Notes under the pieces: model-generated | What the model was told of the DNA's origin: nothing | The model's database searches: none | Seen by the model: only the letters and a program-made list of their open reading frames with translations | Source: an uncultured delta proteobacterium | GTDB lineage: Bacteria; Desulfobacterota; Desulfobaccia; Desulfobaccales; 0-14-0-80-60-11 | Reading direction: 5' to 3' | DNA: 64,000 nt | NCBI GenBank assembly: GCA_963812015.1 | Contig: CAWETI010000002.1 | Location: 96,001 to 160,000, forward strand | Shown here: positions 1-10,198 of the stretch, piece by piece | Layout of the letters: each line of letters begins with the position of its first letter | Numbering within the stretch: the first letter of the stretch is position 1 | Translations under genes and position numbers: made by a program

Positions 1-1328
1 TTGATGGGGCTCAGGATCAGGCCGGTCATCACCTTGGGGTAGAAGTAGGTGGATTTGCGCGGCATGACCAAGCCGGCGGTCGCCACTTCCTGCACCTGCT
101 CAATGCGGGTGGGGTTCAGCAGAAACGCCAGGCGGGCTTCTCCCCGGCTCACTGCCTCCACCGCTTCGCTGATCTTGCTGGTGTACTTGCAGGTTTCCGA
201 GTCATCCTGGGCCTGGGCGTCGAGCCCCAGAACCTTCTCAAAAATCAGATAGTTCAAAACCGCCACATCCAATTGGGCCAGGGCCGGGTGCATCTGCCGG
301 GCCAGCACCGTTTGCCGCACCCCCGGGCGCATGATCAGGCGCCAGGCCTTGCGCCCGAACCCCAGGACCACAAAGGCGGTCTCCCCCGCCGGGACCTCCG
401 CCAGGGTTTGCTGGAGAAAGTCTTCGTAGGCCTCGCCAAATTCGTGGGCCGCCGGCAGCGAGACGATATCGAAATATTCCTTGAGGCGCCCCATGACCCA
501 GGCCTCTTCCAGGTGTTTCAGCCGGGGGCCCCCCAACAGGCGGTGGGCCATCAGAATGAGCAAGTCCGGGTCGAACATATTGGACAGGTACATGAGGGTA
601 TAATTGAACGGCGCTTCCGGCGACGCCTTGGGATAGCGTTGTTTCATCAACTTCTGGAAGTTCAGGGAAGTTTCATAACGGTGGTGCCCGTCGGCGATGA
701 ACAGGGGCATCTCCAAAAAGGCCCGGTGCACCGCCTTGACCGCCTCGGCATCGGTGACCCGGTAGAGGCGCTGAACGTAGCCCAGGACGTCTTTTAAGGC
801 CATCATGGGGGCGTCGGGCCGGGCGCCCTTCAGCAGGCTTATCACCTGGCCGGCGGGGTCGGGATAGAGGGAAAAGATGGGGGAGAAGTTGGCCTGGGAG
901 GCCTTGAACAACTCCAGGCGGTCGGCCTTGGCCGCGGAAAAGGTCTGCTCGTGAGGCCGGATGCCGCCCCCGCTCAAAGATTCCAGGCGCACCAGGGCCG
1001 CCAGCCCGGACCGGGTCCAGGTGCGTCCGGCATGGACAAATTCGGTTTCCCAGGAGTAGAACGCCGGCACCGGGTCCCGCACCAGCACCTCTTCTTTTTC
1101 CCATTGGCGGAAGAGGGTCCCCGCCCGGGTGTAGCGGTTGGCGAGCCGGTCGTCCCCAGGCTGGGGCTGGGGCAGGATCAGGTGGACCATATTATAGGGA
1201 TGGCCGCTGGCAAAGGCCTGGCGCTCCTCCGGCCGGATGACATCATAGGGCGGCGTGACCACCTTGGTGAGATCGGGGACTTTGGCAGGATTATAATGCA
1301 GCCCCCTGAAAGGGGCGATGATGGCCAA
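1..1328 (-). CDS. DUF1015 family protein (3' end runs off the window)
   Basis: Not in the ORF track. The reverse strand from TTG at 1328 (GGAGGAGG RBS upstream) reads MAIIAPFRGLHYNP, contains IRPHEQTF and IADGHHR-like motifs, and ends near the window edge with MPRKSTYFYPKVMTGL, typical of DUF1015. Confidence 0.85.
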   Translation of the reverse strand, partial: MAIIAPFRGLHYNPAKVPDLTKVVTPPYDVIRPEERQAFASGHPYNMVHLILPQPQPGDDRLANRYTRAGTLFRQWEKEEVLVRDPVPAFYSWETEFVHAGRTWTRSGLAALVRLESLSGGGIRPHEQTFSAAKADRLELFKASQANFSPIFSLYPDPAGQVISLLKGARPDAPMMALKDVLGYVQRLYRVTDAEAVKAVHRAFLEMPLFIADGHHRYETSLNFQKLMKQRYPKASPEAPFNYTLMYLSNMFDPDLLILMAHRLLGGPRLKHLEEAWVMGRLKEYFDIVSLPAAHEFGEAYEDFLQQTLAEVPAGETAFVVLGFGRKAWRLIMRPGVRQTVLARQMHPALAQLDVAVLNYLIFEKVLGLDAQAQDDSETCKYTSKISEAVEAVSRGEARLAFLLNPTRIEQVQEVATAGLVMPRKSTYFYPKVMTGLILSPI

Positions 1329-1450
1329 CTTGTCGGTCCTCCTCCTGACGAAATACCTTTTTAAATTTACCATCGATCTGCTGAGCGTCAATAGTTATTG
1401 GCATAATATCCGGTTCTGAATTTATCCGCGCCCCAAAACCTAAAAAATTA

Positions 1451-1479
1451 TTGACCGGCGATAATGCGCAAGTTATATT
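1451..1479 (+). promoter_or_regulatory. sigma70-type promoter for speD-corC
   Basis: TTGACC-17 bp-TATATT. Confidence 0.55.
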
Positions 1480-1746
1480 TACCGAATAAACTTTTTGATT
1501 AAGGGATGGGCTTATGCGGATAACCCCTTTTGTAGTAATTGAGAGGGGTTAACAAGGTTTCGGGGCAAAAAATATATGGGGCGCTGAGCTCCCTTCCTCG
1601 TGCTCTCCGAACCAGTTGCCGGGGCCCAAGACCTTATTTTCTCCGGAATGGCAGCATTCCGGGGTTGCGCTGGCCACAGCGCACGGTTCGCCTACCGGGC
1701 ATTACCCGGTGACGCCCTTACCTTAGGGTGCGAGGAGGATACCAAT

Positions 1747-2184
1747 TTGAAAAAACCGGCGGTTGGCTTTGGACTGCATCTGACCCTGGATGGTTATGAA
1801 TGCAGTTATGAGCGGCTGACGAATCTGGATGCCATTTACGAGTTCCTGGAGACCTGCCCGGACCTGATCCACATGACCAAGATCATGCCTCCTTATGCCT
1901 TCAAATATCACGGCAAAGTGCCTGATGATTGGGGGCTGTCCGGATTTGTTCTCATTGCGGAAAGCCATATCAGCATTCACACCTTCCCTGAGCGCGGCTA
2001 CCTGAGCCTGGATATTTTTTCCTGTAAGGGCTTCGATTACCAGCAGGCGGTGGACTTTGCCACCGAATGTTTCGGTATTGCTCGCCACGAAATCAACCTG
2101 TTGGACCGGGGTCTGGAATTTCCCCGGGAAATCAGGACCGTGGAACGCCTGATGCGCCAGGAGCGAAAACAGATGCGAGGCTGA
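1747..2184 (+). CDS. speD: S-adenosylmethionine decarboxylase proenzyme (class 1B, pyruvoyl)
   Basis: G-x-H-L-x-L-D-G N-terminus, LIAESHISIHTFPE autocleavage motif and LDIFSC. Start placed at TTG 1747 after the GAGGAGG RBS. Confidence 0.85.
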   Translation: MKKPAVGFGLHLTLDGYECSYERLTNLDAIYEFLETCPDLIHMTKIMPPYAFKYHGKVPDDWGLSGFVLIAESHISIHTFPERGYLSLDIFSCKGFDYQQAVDFATECFGIARHEINLLDRGLEFPREIRTVERLMRQERKQMRG

Positions 2185-2186
2185 GC

Positions 2187-3047
2187 ATGGAAGAGGCCGA
2201 CAGTCCTCACCCTAGTTTCCTCAAGCGCCTTCTTCAGATGTTCTCCCGGAGGATCATCACGCAACCGGAAGATCTGGAGCGTGAAATCCAGCACATCATC
2301 GATGAAGGCGAGGAACGGGGCCTCATCACCCGCCAGGAAGGCCAACTGATCGAGAGTATCTTTGAGTTTAAGGACACCCTCGTCCGGGAAATCATGGTGC
2401 CCCGTCTGGAGATGGTGGGGGTGGAGCTCGATACCCCCCTTGACCAGATCATCGCCCTGGTCCTGTCCTGCGGCCATTCCCGCCTGCCCGTGTTCGCCGG
2501 TGACATCGACCACGTCAAGGGTGTCCTCCTGGCCAAAGACCTCCTGGTGTTCTGGCAGACCCCGGATTCGACCTGGGACCTGGGGCGGGTGCTCCGCCCC
2601 GCCTATTTTATCCCCGAAAGCAAGAAGATCAGCGACCTCTTACGAGACCTGGTGGAACGCAAAACCCAGATCGCCATCGTCATCGACGAATACGGCGGCA
2701 CCGCCGGCCTCATCACCCTGGAGGATATTCTCGAAGAGATCGTCGGGGAGATCTATGACGAGTACGACCTCCAGGAACCCCGCCTCGTGCCCCAGGAAGA
2801 CGGCGCCGTCCTGGTGGACGCCCGCCTGGACGTGGAAGAATTGATGGACCACTTCGATCTGCCCCGCCCGGAAGGCAAGTTCGAATCCGTGGGGGGCCTC
2901 TTGATCCACCTCCTGGGCCGGGTGCCCCAAATCAACGACCGGGTGGAGATCCCCGACCTGGAGTTGACCGTCATCGCCGCCGACGAACGCCGGGCCAAAT
3001 TGGTCCAGGCCCGCCGGCTGCCCCTGGAAGAGGGGGTCAGGGATTAG
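2187..3047 (+). CDS. corC: CorC/HlyC-family CBS-domain protein
   Basis: VREIMVPR, GHSRLPV, IVIDEYGGTAGLITLEDILEEIVGEI and a C-terminal CorC_HlyC domain. Confidence 0.85.
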   Translation: MEEADSPHPSFLKRLLQMFSRRIITQPEDLEREIQHIIDEGEERGLITRQEGQLIESIFEFKDTLVREIMVPRLEMVGVELDTPLDQIIALVLSCGHSRLPVFAGDIDHVKGVLLAKDLLVFWQTPDSTWDLGRVLRPAYFIPESKKISDLLRDLVERKTQIAIVIDEYGGTAGLITLEDILEEIVGEIYDEYDLQEPRLVPQEDGAVLVDARLDVEELMDHFDLPRPEGKFESVGGLLIHLLGRVPQINDRVEIPDLELTVIAADERRAKLVQARRLPLEEGVRD

Positions 3048-3061
3048 GGGTCAGGGGTTAG
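3031..3061 (+). repeat. short heptamer tandem repeat (AGGGGTC/AGGGATT-like)
   Basis: ggggtc agggatt aggggtc aggggtt ag spanning the corC stop codon. Confidence 0.45.
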
Positions 3062-3279
3062 AAAAAGCCCCTTACTGTCCGCCATCCCGCCCCTTGCCTC
3101 ATTTTGTCCGGTCTTCAGTTTTCCTATGCCGCTCAATCCCGCGTTCAATAATCTGAATTTTTTAACTAGACAATTAGCTACATTTTGTCCAGTGATCGAG
3201 TAGGAGTTTTGCCCCTGAGAAAATTTGTCCCCCTACGGGAAATTTCTGGCGAACTATTCAGGCTTGTTAGTATATTGGG

Positions 3280-3897
3280 ATGGGAAAGAATAATGAGGGA
3301 AAGAGAATGTTTAACGACATGCCATTATCCATAGCAGCGCGGATGCATGAGTTAGAGGTAATCGACGCACGCGACCGCACTGACGGGACGCCGCGCATGC
3401 AGCGCCTGCGTCAGATCACGCCGGAGGTAGGTAGATTTATCGCCCTCTTGGCCGCAACCGCTCCTGCAGGTCAATACCTAGAGATTGGAACGAGCGCGGG
3501 CTATTCCACCCTTTGGCTCGCTTTGGCGTGCCGGTCCATCGGCAGAAAGGTCACGACTTTTGAGATTTTGGACGACAAAGCTGAACTTGCACGGCAGACA
3601 TTTAAAGCAACCTGCGTGACCGACGTGGTGGAACTCGTTCACGGGGATGCACTCACTCATCTTCCGAACTGTAGAGACATTGCCTTCTGTTTCCTCGATG
3701 CGGAAAAGGAAATCTACGGCTCTTGTTATGAATCTGTGGTTACGCACATGGTGAGTGGCGGCATTCTGGTCGCAGACAACGCCATCAACCATCAGGCGGT
3801 CCTGCAACCAATGCTTGACCGAGCAATGGCCGATGACAGAGTTGATGCATTGATTGTTCCCATCGGCAGAGGGGAACTGGTTTGCAGAAGAAGGTAG
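3280..3897 (+). CDS. class I SAM-dependent O-methyltransferase (start may be 3307)
   Basis: [21 protein letters not shown] and GGILVADN motifs. Confidence 0.85.
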   Translation: MGKNNEGKRMFNDMPLSIAARMHELEVIDARDRTDGTPRMQRLRQITPEVGRFIALLAATAPAGQYLEIGTSAGYSTLWLALACRSIGRKVTTFEILDDKAELARQTFKATCVTDVVELVHGDALTHLPNCRDIAFCFLDAEKEIYGSCYESVVTHMVSGGILVADNAINHQAVLQPMLDRAMADDRVDALIVPIGRGELVCRRR

Positions 3898-4002
3898 TAT
3901 TGGCCTGACATCAGACAAAATGCTTCATTTCGTCTAATGAAGCCGCGCAGCCTAATTCTGCCCAGGCGCCAGCCACAGAAGAACCGGACGCGGCCTGAGC
4001 CC

Positions 4003-4033
4003 GTAGGGCGGGAAAGCGTAGCGCATCCCGCCT
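4003..4033 (+). repeat. GTAG-type REP-like palindrome
   Basis: GTAG followed by ggcggga...tcccgcc hairpin. Confidence 0.55.
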
Positions 4034-4301
4034 TTAGCATTATTCCATATCTAGACTTCGACCGTTTTTCAACTCATTCCCAAGCTTAGCTTGGAATAAG
4101 AAGAAAATCAAACAGCGGCTAGCTGCTATGTATGAGCGATCTGCTACTCGGAAGATATTATATTGATTTGATGATCATAGTATAATCTACACCGGCCGCG
4201 GTATATCCAGGAATTCAGGAGCCAAGTCCCCAATACGCTTACTTACCCCTGCCCCCTATTTTCTTTCCCTTCCCCCGTAATCCGGCTATAATCCCACCAG
4301 C

Positions 4302-5819
4302 ATGAACAAGCGCACCAGCCCCTCTCAGGTTATAGCCGCGGTGCTCTCCGGCCTGCTCCTGGCCGCGGCCTTCCCCAAGTGGGACCAGACCTGGCTGTTG
4401 ATCTTCGCCTTGGCACCCCTCCTCTGGGCCCTTAAGGGCCGATCCCTGAAGGCGGCCTTCTGGCTGGGGGCGGTCTCGGGTCTGGCCCATTACGTGGCCA
4501 TGCTCTACTGGATCGTCTTTGTCACCCATGTCTTCGGGCACCTGCCCCTGATCGTCTCCATCGGCATCCTCCTCCTCCTGGCCGGGTATTTATGTCTCTA
4601 CCCCGCCGTGTGGGGCTTAGGGGTCGCCTGGGGGGCGCGCAAGGGGCTCAGCCTCCTCTGGTGGGCCCCCGCCCTGTGGGTGGCCCTGGAGTTCGGCAAA
4701 ACCTATATCATCAGCGGCTTTCCTTGGGAACTGTTGGGCAACGGCCTCTCCCCCCATCCCCTGTTGCTCCAGCTCGCCGATATCACCGGGGTCTACGGTC
4801 TCTCGTTCCTGGTGGTCCTGGTGAACGTCAGCCTCTTTCTCCTCTTCTTCCCCCCCCGGGGCAAGGCGTTGCGGCTCGGCCAGGCCGTGGTCGTCTGCCT
4901 GCTCCTGGCCCTCTGGATCGGCTATGGTTTTTACCGCCTCCAGGCAGTGGACGCGCTTATGGCCGCCAGCCCCAAAATCAAGGTGGCGGTGTGCCAAGGC
5001 AATATCAAGCAGGGGGAGAAATGGCAGAAAAGCATGGTCCAGATCACCCTGGACCGCTATGCCGAGCTGACCCGGCGGGTCCAGGGGGCCCGGCTCATCA
5101 TCTGGCCCGAAACCGCGGCGCCCTTCTTATATGTGCGGACCCCGGACCTGGCCGCCGAGGTCCAGAAGATCGCCCAAGACAGCGGTGGCTATCTGTTGTT
5201 CGGCAGCCCCGCCTATGAGCTGACCTCCGAGGGCGAGCGCTATTTTAACCGGGCGTATCTCTTGAACCCCCAGGCCGAGACCATCGGCTCCTACGACAAG
5301 GCCCACCTGGTGCCTTACGGGGAGTATGTTCCCTTCCGGCGCTTTTTTCCCTTCATCGGCAAGATGGTGCCCATGGTGGGGGACTTTGCCGAAGGCCCGG
5401 TGGGGGCCACCGTGTCCCTGCCGGAAGGGGCCATCGGGGTCCTGGTCTGCTACGAGTCCATCTTTCCCTATCTGTCCCGGGCCCAGGTGGGCAACGGGGC
5501 CCAGCTATTGGTCAACATCACCAATGACGCCTGGTTCGGCAAAACCGCCGCGGCTTACCAGCACCTGGCCATGGCGGTGCTCCGGGCGGTGGAGAACCAC
5601 GTCTGCCTGGCCCGGGCCGCCAACACCGGGATTTCCGCCTTTATCGACGGCGCCGGCCGCCTCCTGTGGACCTCGGAGCTCTATGTCCCCGAGGCCCACG
5701 CCCTGGAGCTGGCCTGGCTCCCCGGCGGCAGCCTCTACACCCAAATCGGCGACGTCTTTGCCTGGGCCTGCGTCATCATGTGCGGCCTGGCCCTCATCCT
5801 GCCCCGCCGGCGTCGCTAA
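4302..5819 (+). CDS. lnt: apolipoprotein N-acyltransferase
   Basis: N-terminal TM helices, GFPW, QGNI, WPET, YDKAHLVPYGEY, VCYES, NITNDAWF and RAANTGIS (nitrilase E-K-C triad). Confidence 0.95.
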   Translation: MNKRTSPSQVIAAVLSGLLLAAAFPKWDQTWLLIFALAPLLWALKGRSLKAAFWLGAVSGLAHYVAMLYWIVFVTHVFGHLPLIVSIGILLLLAGYLCLYPAVWGLGVAWGARKGLSLLWWAPALWVALEFGKTYIISGFPWELLGNGLSPHPLLLQLADITGVYGLSFLVVLVNVSLFLLFFPPRGKALRLGQAVVVCLLLALWIGYGFYRLQAVDALMAASPKIKVAVCQGNIKQGEKWQKSMVQITLDRYAELTRRVQGARLIIWPETAAPFLYVRTPDLAAEVQKIAQDSGGYLLFGSPAYELTSEGERYFNRAYLLNPQAETIGSYDKAHLVPYGEYVPFRRFFPFIGKMVPMVGDFAEGPVGATVSLPEGAIGVLVCYESIFPYLSRAQVGNGAQLLVNITNDAWFGKTAAAYQHLAMAVLRAVENHVCLARAANTGISAFIDGAGRLLWTSELYVPEAHALELAWLPGGSLYTQIGDVFAWACVIMCGLALILPRRRR

Positions 5820-5966
5820 GCCCGGCCAACTTCCCCCTGCGGTTTTCTTCCCCTGATGATGGCCTTACCCCAAAGTTGGTCCTGATCCATGAGGGCGGTT
5901 ATCCCCGGGGCCGGTCCTCTGAGCCGCGACAGCTCCAGCTCCCTGCAATATCGCCAAGAAATCTAG

Positions 5967-6097
5967 TGTTCCGTCCCAGATATATCTTTCAAAAATATTT
6001 CCACTTGGTGGGGAGTTTTCGTAGGGGCGGTTCGCGAACCGCCCCTACAACAGCCTCCGGGAAGGGAAGCCGGAAATTGTTAGATACTCCCGGAACA
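5967..6097. repeat. MITE-like element A, copy 1, with a perfect 28-bp GTAG palindrome at 6021-6048
   Basis: gtaggggcggttcg/cgaaccgcccctac. Ends tgttccg...cggaaca. The left part resembles 27428-27470. Confidence 0.55.
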
Positions 6098-6102
6098 TGA
6101 CA

Positions 6103-8235
6103 CTAGTGGCCGCGAGTCTCGCCGGCCTCGATGAATTGCCGGAGGGCAACCTGCTGTAGTTCGCTCAGCTGGTGGCGCTTCATAAGGGTGCGGGTCCGGT
6201 CCAGCATGCTGCCCGCCTCCAGGAAATGCTCCAGGGCCTTATGGTTCAGGCGGTGTCGGAGGCCGTCGTCAGCCTTGATCATCGTTTGACTGAAGTCCTT
6301 TTCCAGAAATTGCTCCAGGAGTTTCAAGAGGTTGCCGTCGTCGCCGGCTACTTGAGTAACCCAGTTTTTGGGTTCGGCCTCCCCGGCCAGATTTTTCCAC
6401 ATGGATAAGAGTTCCGGCAGCTTGGGGCAATTGAGGAGGGCCTCTCCCTTGGCGGCGTCCCGGATTTTGGCGAGCACTAGTGCTTCCAGGTTGACCTGGT
6501 CATCGTGGCGGATCAGCTTGTTGGCCTCCGGACGCCCCTCACCGGCTCGCTTGCCGTCGAGTTTACCCAACACCATGACGAGCCTGGTGCTGGTGTACAC
6601 GGCCCGGACTTTGGTGATGGCGTGCCGCAGGACGTCAAAACGGGTTTCTGCCGGCAGCCGCTGGAGAAGCTGCCAGATTATCTGGGCCATACGCTGGTCG
6701 TTACCGATGTGGAGCCTACCCATAGGCTCGTCTTCGGGCTCCAGGAGCTGATCGCCCACATCCAGAAGGCTGAGGAGAATTGACGGGATGGACTCCGGGG
6801 CAATCTCCTTGCCGGTATAATCCAACAGCCGCTCCAGGAAAGCATTGAGCCGGTTGCGGCCATCCAGGCGAACCTGGGTTGCCAGGTCCAGCAGTCGCGC
6901 GGAAAAGGCCTGGGGTTGGTCCACCAGAAAGAGGATCGCCATGATTTCGGCATTGGAAATGGTGCCCTGGGGCAGCGCCAGATGAAAATAAATGGGGAAG
7001 ATATCCGGACTGCAAATGCGCAATTGTTTGCGCCAGGTGGCCTCCAGAGGCAGGTCAAACCCCAGATCCTCCCAGACGTTTTCCAACTTGGGAAAGAGCC
7101 GCGCCAACAGTCCCTTGACGGCTTCCCGATCCTCCTCCGCCACCTGGGTAATCCAGGATTCGTGAAAGATCCGTAATTGTTCGATCTTACTGGTCACCAA
7201 TTCCCGGCCGGTGAATTTTGCCGGATAGGTGCGGATCATATTATAGGCGTCGGAACAAAAGATCCGCAGGGTCTCAATGCCGATAAAATCCACGGGATTA
7301 ACTTCCCCCCGGACTGCCGAATAGGTGATCCTCAAGGTATTGGTGAGCAAATTGATCTTGCGGGGGGTGCTGATGAAGTGCTCAATGCCCTTCATGAACA
7401 CATTGGCCCAATAGGTCTGGTCAAAAAGCTCTGCCGGGGTGCCCGCCATGATGGCCTCCAGGTTACCCAAGAGTAAGCGGTACAAAGAACACCGGTCGGG
7501 CAGGGGCAGTTCAAAGGGGGACTGGACTATTTTCTCCAGATAGCTTTCCCCTGAATTACCCTGGGTTTCTCTCAAAGCCTCGATAACCACCCGCTTGTCG
7601 AAGGTGAGCAGATAAATGATGTTGGGAAAATCGGCAATGGATTTGATTACCCCGAAGAGCTGCCGGACCTCTTCCGGACTCAGGCGGTCAATGTCGTCCA
7701 CCGTGACGAAAATCCGGCGGCTTTGCTTCCGGAGCTCCTCGGCAATTTCCATCTTTAGCTTGACCACGTTTTTAATCGCAGGTTTCAACGGGGTGAATTC
7801 CACCGCCACTTTGCCGATGGCAATGTAAGGAATATGGATGCTGGCGGGTAGCTCCGACACCATGTCGGCAAACTCGGCGATTTTTTTCTCCAAACCCGCC
7901 AGGGCGAGATCGCTGCCGGCCAGGGAGGCCTGGAATTGGTCGAAGAAATGCTTGGTCAGCTTTTCGTGCCCGGAAAACCACCAGGGATTGAAGGGCACAA
8001 TGATGGGCTGCTCATCCGGGGGGGCTTGTTTAAAGTAATGGAACAGAAAATTCAACAGCGTGGTCTTGCCCGAGCCCCAGGGCCCATAGATGGCCACGAC
8101 AAAGCCCTCGGCCGGCACCATCGTGGTTAAAGATGAGGCCAGATGCCTGGCGAAATTGGCATAACCCAGTTGGTCGTCTTGGGGGTCGGTCAGGGGTTTG
8201 TCTGCCGAGAGGGTGCAGCAAGGCTCCACGGTCAT
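6103..8235 (-). CDS. KAP-family P-loop NTPase
   Basis: D-x-LGY-x-x-FA N-terminus, Walker A GPWGSGKT, FNPWWFSG, Walker B VTVDDIDRL, YLEKIVQ and TPR motifs. Start placed at ATG 8235. Confidence 0.85.
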   Translation of the reverse strand: MTVEPCCTLSADKPLTDPQDDQLGYANFARHLASSLTTMVPAEGFVVAIYGPWGSGKTTLLNFLFHYFKQAPPDEQPIIVPFNPWWFSGHEKLTKHFFDQFQASLAGSDLALAGLEKKIAEFADMVSELPASIHIPYIAIGKVAVEFTPLKPAIKNVVKLKMEIAEELRKQSRRIFVTVDDIDRLSPEEVRQLFGVIKSIADFPNIIYLLTFDKRVVIEALRETQGNSGESYLEKIVQSPFELPLPDRCSLYRLLLGNLEAIMAGTPAELFDQTYWANVFMKGIEHFISTPRKINLLTNTLRITYSAVRGEVNPVDFIGIETLRIFCSDAYNMIRTYPAKFTGRELVTSKIEQLRIFHESWITQVAEEDREAVKGLLARLFPKLENVWEDLGFDLPLEATWRKQLRICSPDIFPIYFHLALPQGTISNAEIMAILFLVDQPQAFSARLLDLATQVRLDGRNRLNAFLERLLDYTGKEIAPESIPSILLSLLDVGDQLLEPEDEPMGRLHIGNDQRMAQIIWQLLQRLPAETRFDVLRHAITKVRAVYTSTRLVMVLGKLDGKRAGEGRPEANKLIRHDDQVNLEALVLAKIRDAAKGEALLNCPKLPELLSMWKNLAGEAEPKNWVTQVAGDDGNLLKLLEQFLEKDFSQTMIKADDGLRHRLNHKALEHFLEAGSMLDRTRTLMKRHQLSELQQVALRQFIEAGETRGH

Positions 8236-8703
8236 GATGCCCTCATGCTTTTTCGTGCTGCCCGCCCTGCCTGGCGGGGGCGGCAACTTCTTATTTTCCA
8301 TACCGTGGCGTTGCAGCTCATCCAAGATCATCCGGCAGCCCCCGTTCACTCTCCCTTATTGAAGATTCGGACCTTTTCCCCCGAACTTAAATCCAAAGCG
8401 CCCCTTTTTTCCGCGCCACCCCGTATCATGAATGATTCAAGACACTTCATCCCATCAATTTTCCGCCCGATCCCGGGCCGGCTCGACCCTCCATGGCCAC
8501 TCGCTGCCGCGCCTGGCCGCTGGAGCACCGGATGGTTAAACTGGATAAAAATGGGGCAGTGATAGTTGGGCTAAAGAACTGAGTACCTGGTTGGGTAAAT
8601 GAGGGATATTTTCAGCAGGGTTTTCATGTCCCCCTTTTCTCAAGGGTGGCGGGAGGGCAGGCGGGTTCAGGGCGGCAGGACCCCCCCGAACCCGGGCGCG
8701 GCA

Positions 8704-9939
8704 TTACATGTGGTCGATGAGAGCCTGGCCGAACTCGGAGCACGACACTTCCCGGGAGCCCGGCAGGAGGCGGGCCAGATCGTAGGTGGCGATCCCGTCC
8801 TTGAGGGTCCGGGGCAGGCTCTGGTGGATATGCTGGGCGGCTTCACCCCAGCCGAGATATTCCAACAGCATGGCGCCGGAGAGAATCAGGGAGCTGGGGT
8901 TGACCTTATCCTGGCCGGCGTACTTGGGGGCGCTGCCGTGGGTGGCTTCGAAGATGGCGCAGTTGTCGCCGATATTGGCCCCCGGGGCCATCCCCAATCC
9001 TCCCACTTGGGCCGCCAGGGCGTCGGAGATATAATCGCCGTTCAGGTTCGGGGTGGCGATGACCTGGTATTCCTCCGGTCGCAGCAGCACTTGCTGAAAC
9101 AGATTGTCCGCCAGCCGGTCCTTGAGCACCGTCTTGCCGGCCGGGAGTCGGCCCTGGCAGACCGTGGACAGCTCGGCCTCCGAGATCACCCCCCCCGGCA
9201 ACTCCGCGGCCACTTCATATCCCCAGGTTTGGAAAGCCCCTTCGGTGTATTTCATGATATTGCCTTTGTGCATCAGGGTGACCGAGGCCAGCCGGTGTTT
9301 CACCGCGTGCTTCAAAGCCATGCGGATCAGGCGCTTGCTGCACCGTTCGGTCATGGGTTTGATGCCGATCGCCGCGGCAATATCCAGGGTGCAGCCCAAT
9401 TCGTTATTGAGAAAATTGATCAGGCGCTGGGCCTCGGGGGTGTTGGCGGCCCACTCGATGCCGGCATAGAGGTCTTCGGTGTTTTCCCGGAAAATCACCA
9501 TATCGATTTTTTCCGGTTCCTTCAAGGGGCTGGGCACCCCGGCGTAGTAACGCACCGGGCGGATGCAGGCGTACAGGTCCAGGACCTGGCGCAGGGTGAC
9601 GTTTAAGGACCGGAAGCCCCCGCCGATGGGGGTGGTGAGGGGTCCTTTGAGGGCCACCCGGTATTCCCGGAGGGCCGTCAGGGTTTCCACCGGCAGATAA
9701 CTGCGGCTCAGTTTAAACGCCTTTTCTCCGGCCAAAACTTCCTGCCAGAAGATGCGCTTGCTGTCGCCGTAGGCCTTGGCCACCGCCGCGTCCAGCACCG
9801 GCCGGGTGGCCTGCCAGATATCCGGGCCGGTGCCGTCCCCCTCGAGGTAGAGAATAATCGGCCCATCGGGAACCACGAGTCCGCCGCCGGGGCCGGCGGT
9901 AACCATCTCACCCTGTCCATGCGCATGCTGTGCCATCAT
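8704..9939 (-). CDS. icd: NADP-dependent isocitrate dehydrogenase
   Basis: [49 protein letters not shown] and [13 protein letters not shown]. Confidence 0.95.
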   Translation of the reverse strand: MMAQHAHGQGEMVTAGPGGGLVVPDGPIILYLEGDGTGPDIWQATRPVLDAAVAKAYGDSKRIFWQEVLAGEKAFKLSRSYLPVETLTALREYRVALKGPLTTPIGGGFRSLNVTLRQVLDLYACIRPVRYYAGVPSPLKEPEKIDMVIFRENTEDLYAGIEWAANTPEAQRLINFLNNELGCTLDIAAAIGIKPMTERCSKRLIRMALKHAVKHRLASVTLMHKGNIMKYTEGAFQTWGYEVAAELPGGVISEAELSTVCQGRLPAGKTVLKDRLADNLFQQVLLRPEEYQVIATPNLNGDYISDALAAQVGGLGMAPGANIGDNCAIFEATHGSAPKYAGQDKVNPSSLILSGAMLLEYLGWGEAAQHIHQSLPRTLKDGIATYDLARLLPGSREVSCSEFGQALIDHM

Positions 9940-10075
9940 CGCCCTCGCTTACAATAATAACTATATATTTCACCCTATTTTTGCCGCCGACGCAACTAAT
10001 TCCTGGCCCCCCGGCCAACCCAGGCGCGCCGCCCCCCGCCCCGGCCCTGAACCTCGGATGCCTCAGAGCATGAGC

Positions 10076-10198
10076 AGCCATTGCCAACCCGGTTTTTTCC
10101 GTCACCCTGAGCGAAGCGAAGGGTCTCAACCTCCCCCATAAACGAGATTCTTCCCTGCCCTCAGCATGACCAGAGAGAACGCCGGGACGTTTTGCCAT
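10076..10198. repeat. MITE-like element B, copy 1 (CGTC-type REP core)
   Basis: ccgtcaccctgagcgaagcgaagggtctc...gagattcttccctgccctcagcatgac. Shares layout with 51810-51941. Confidence 0.55.
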
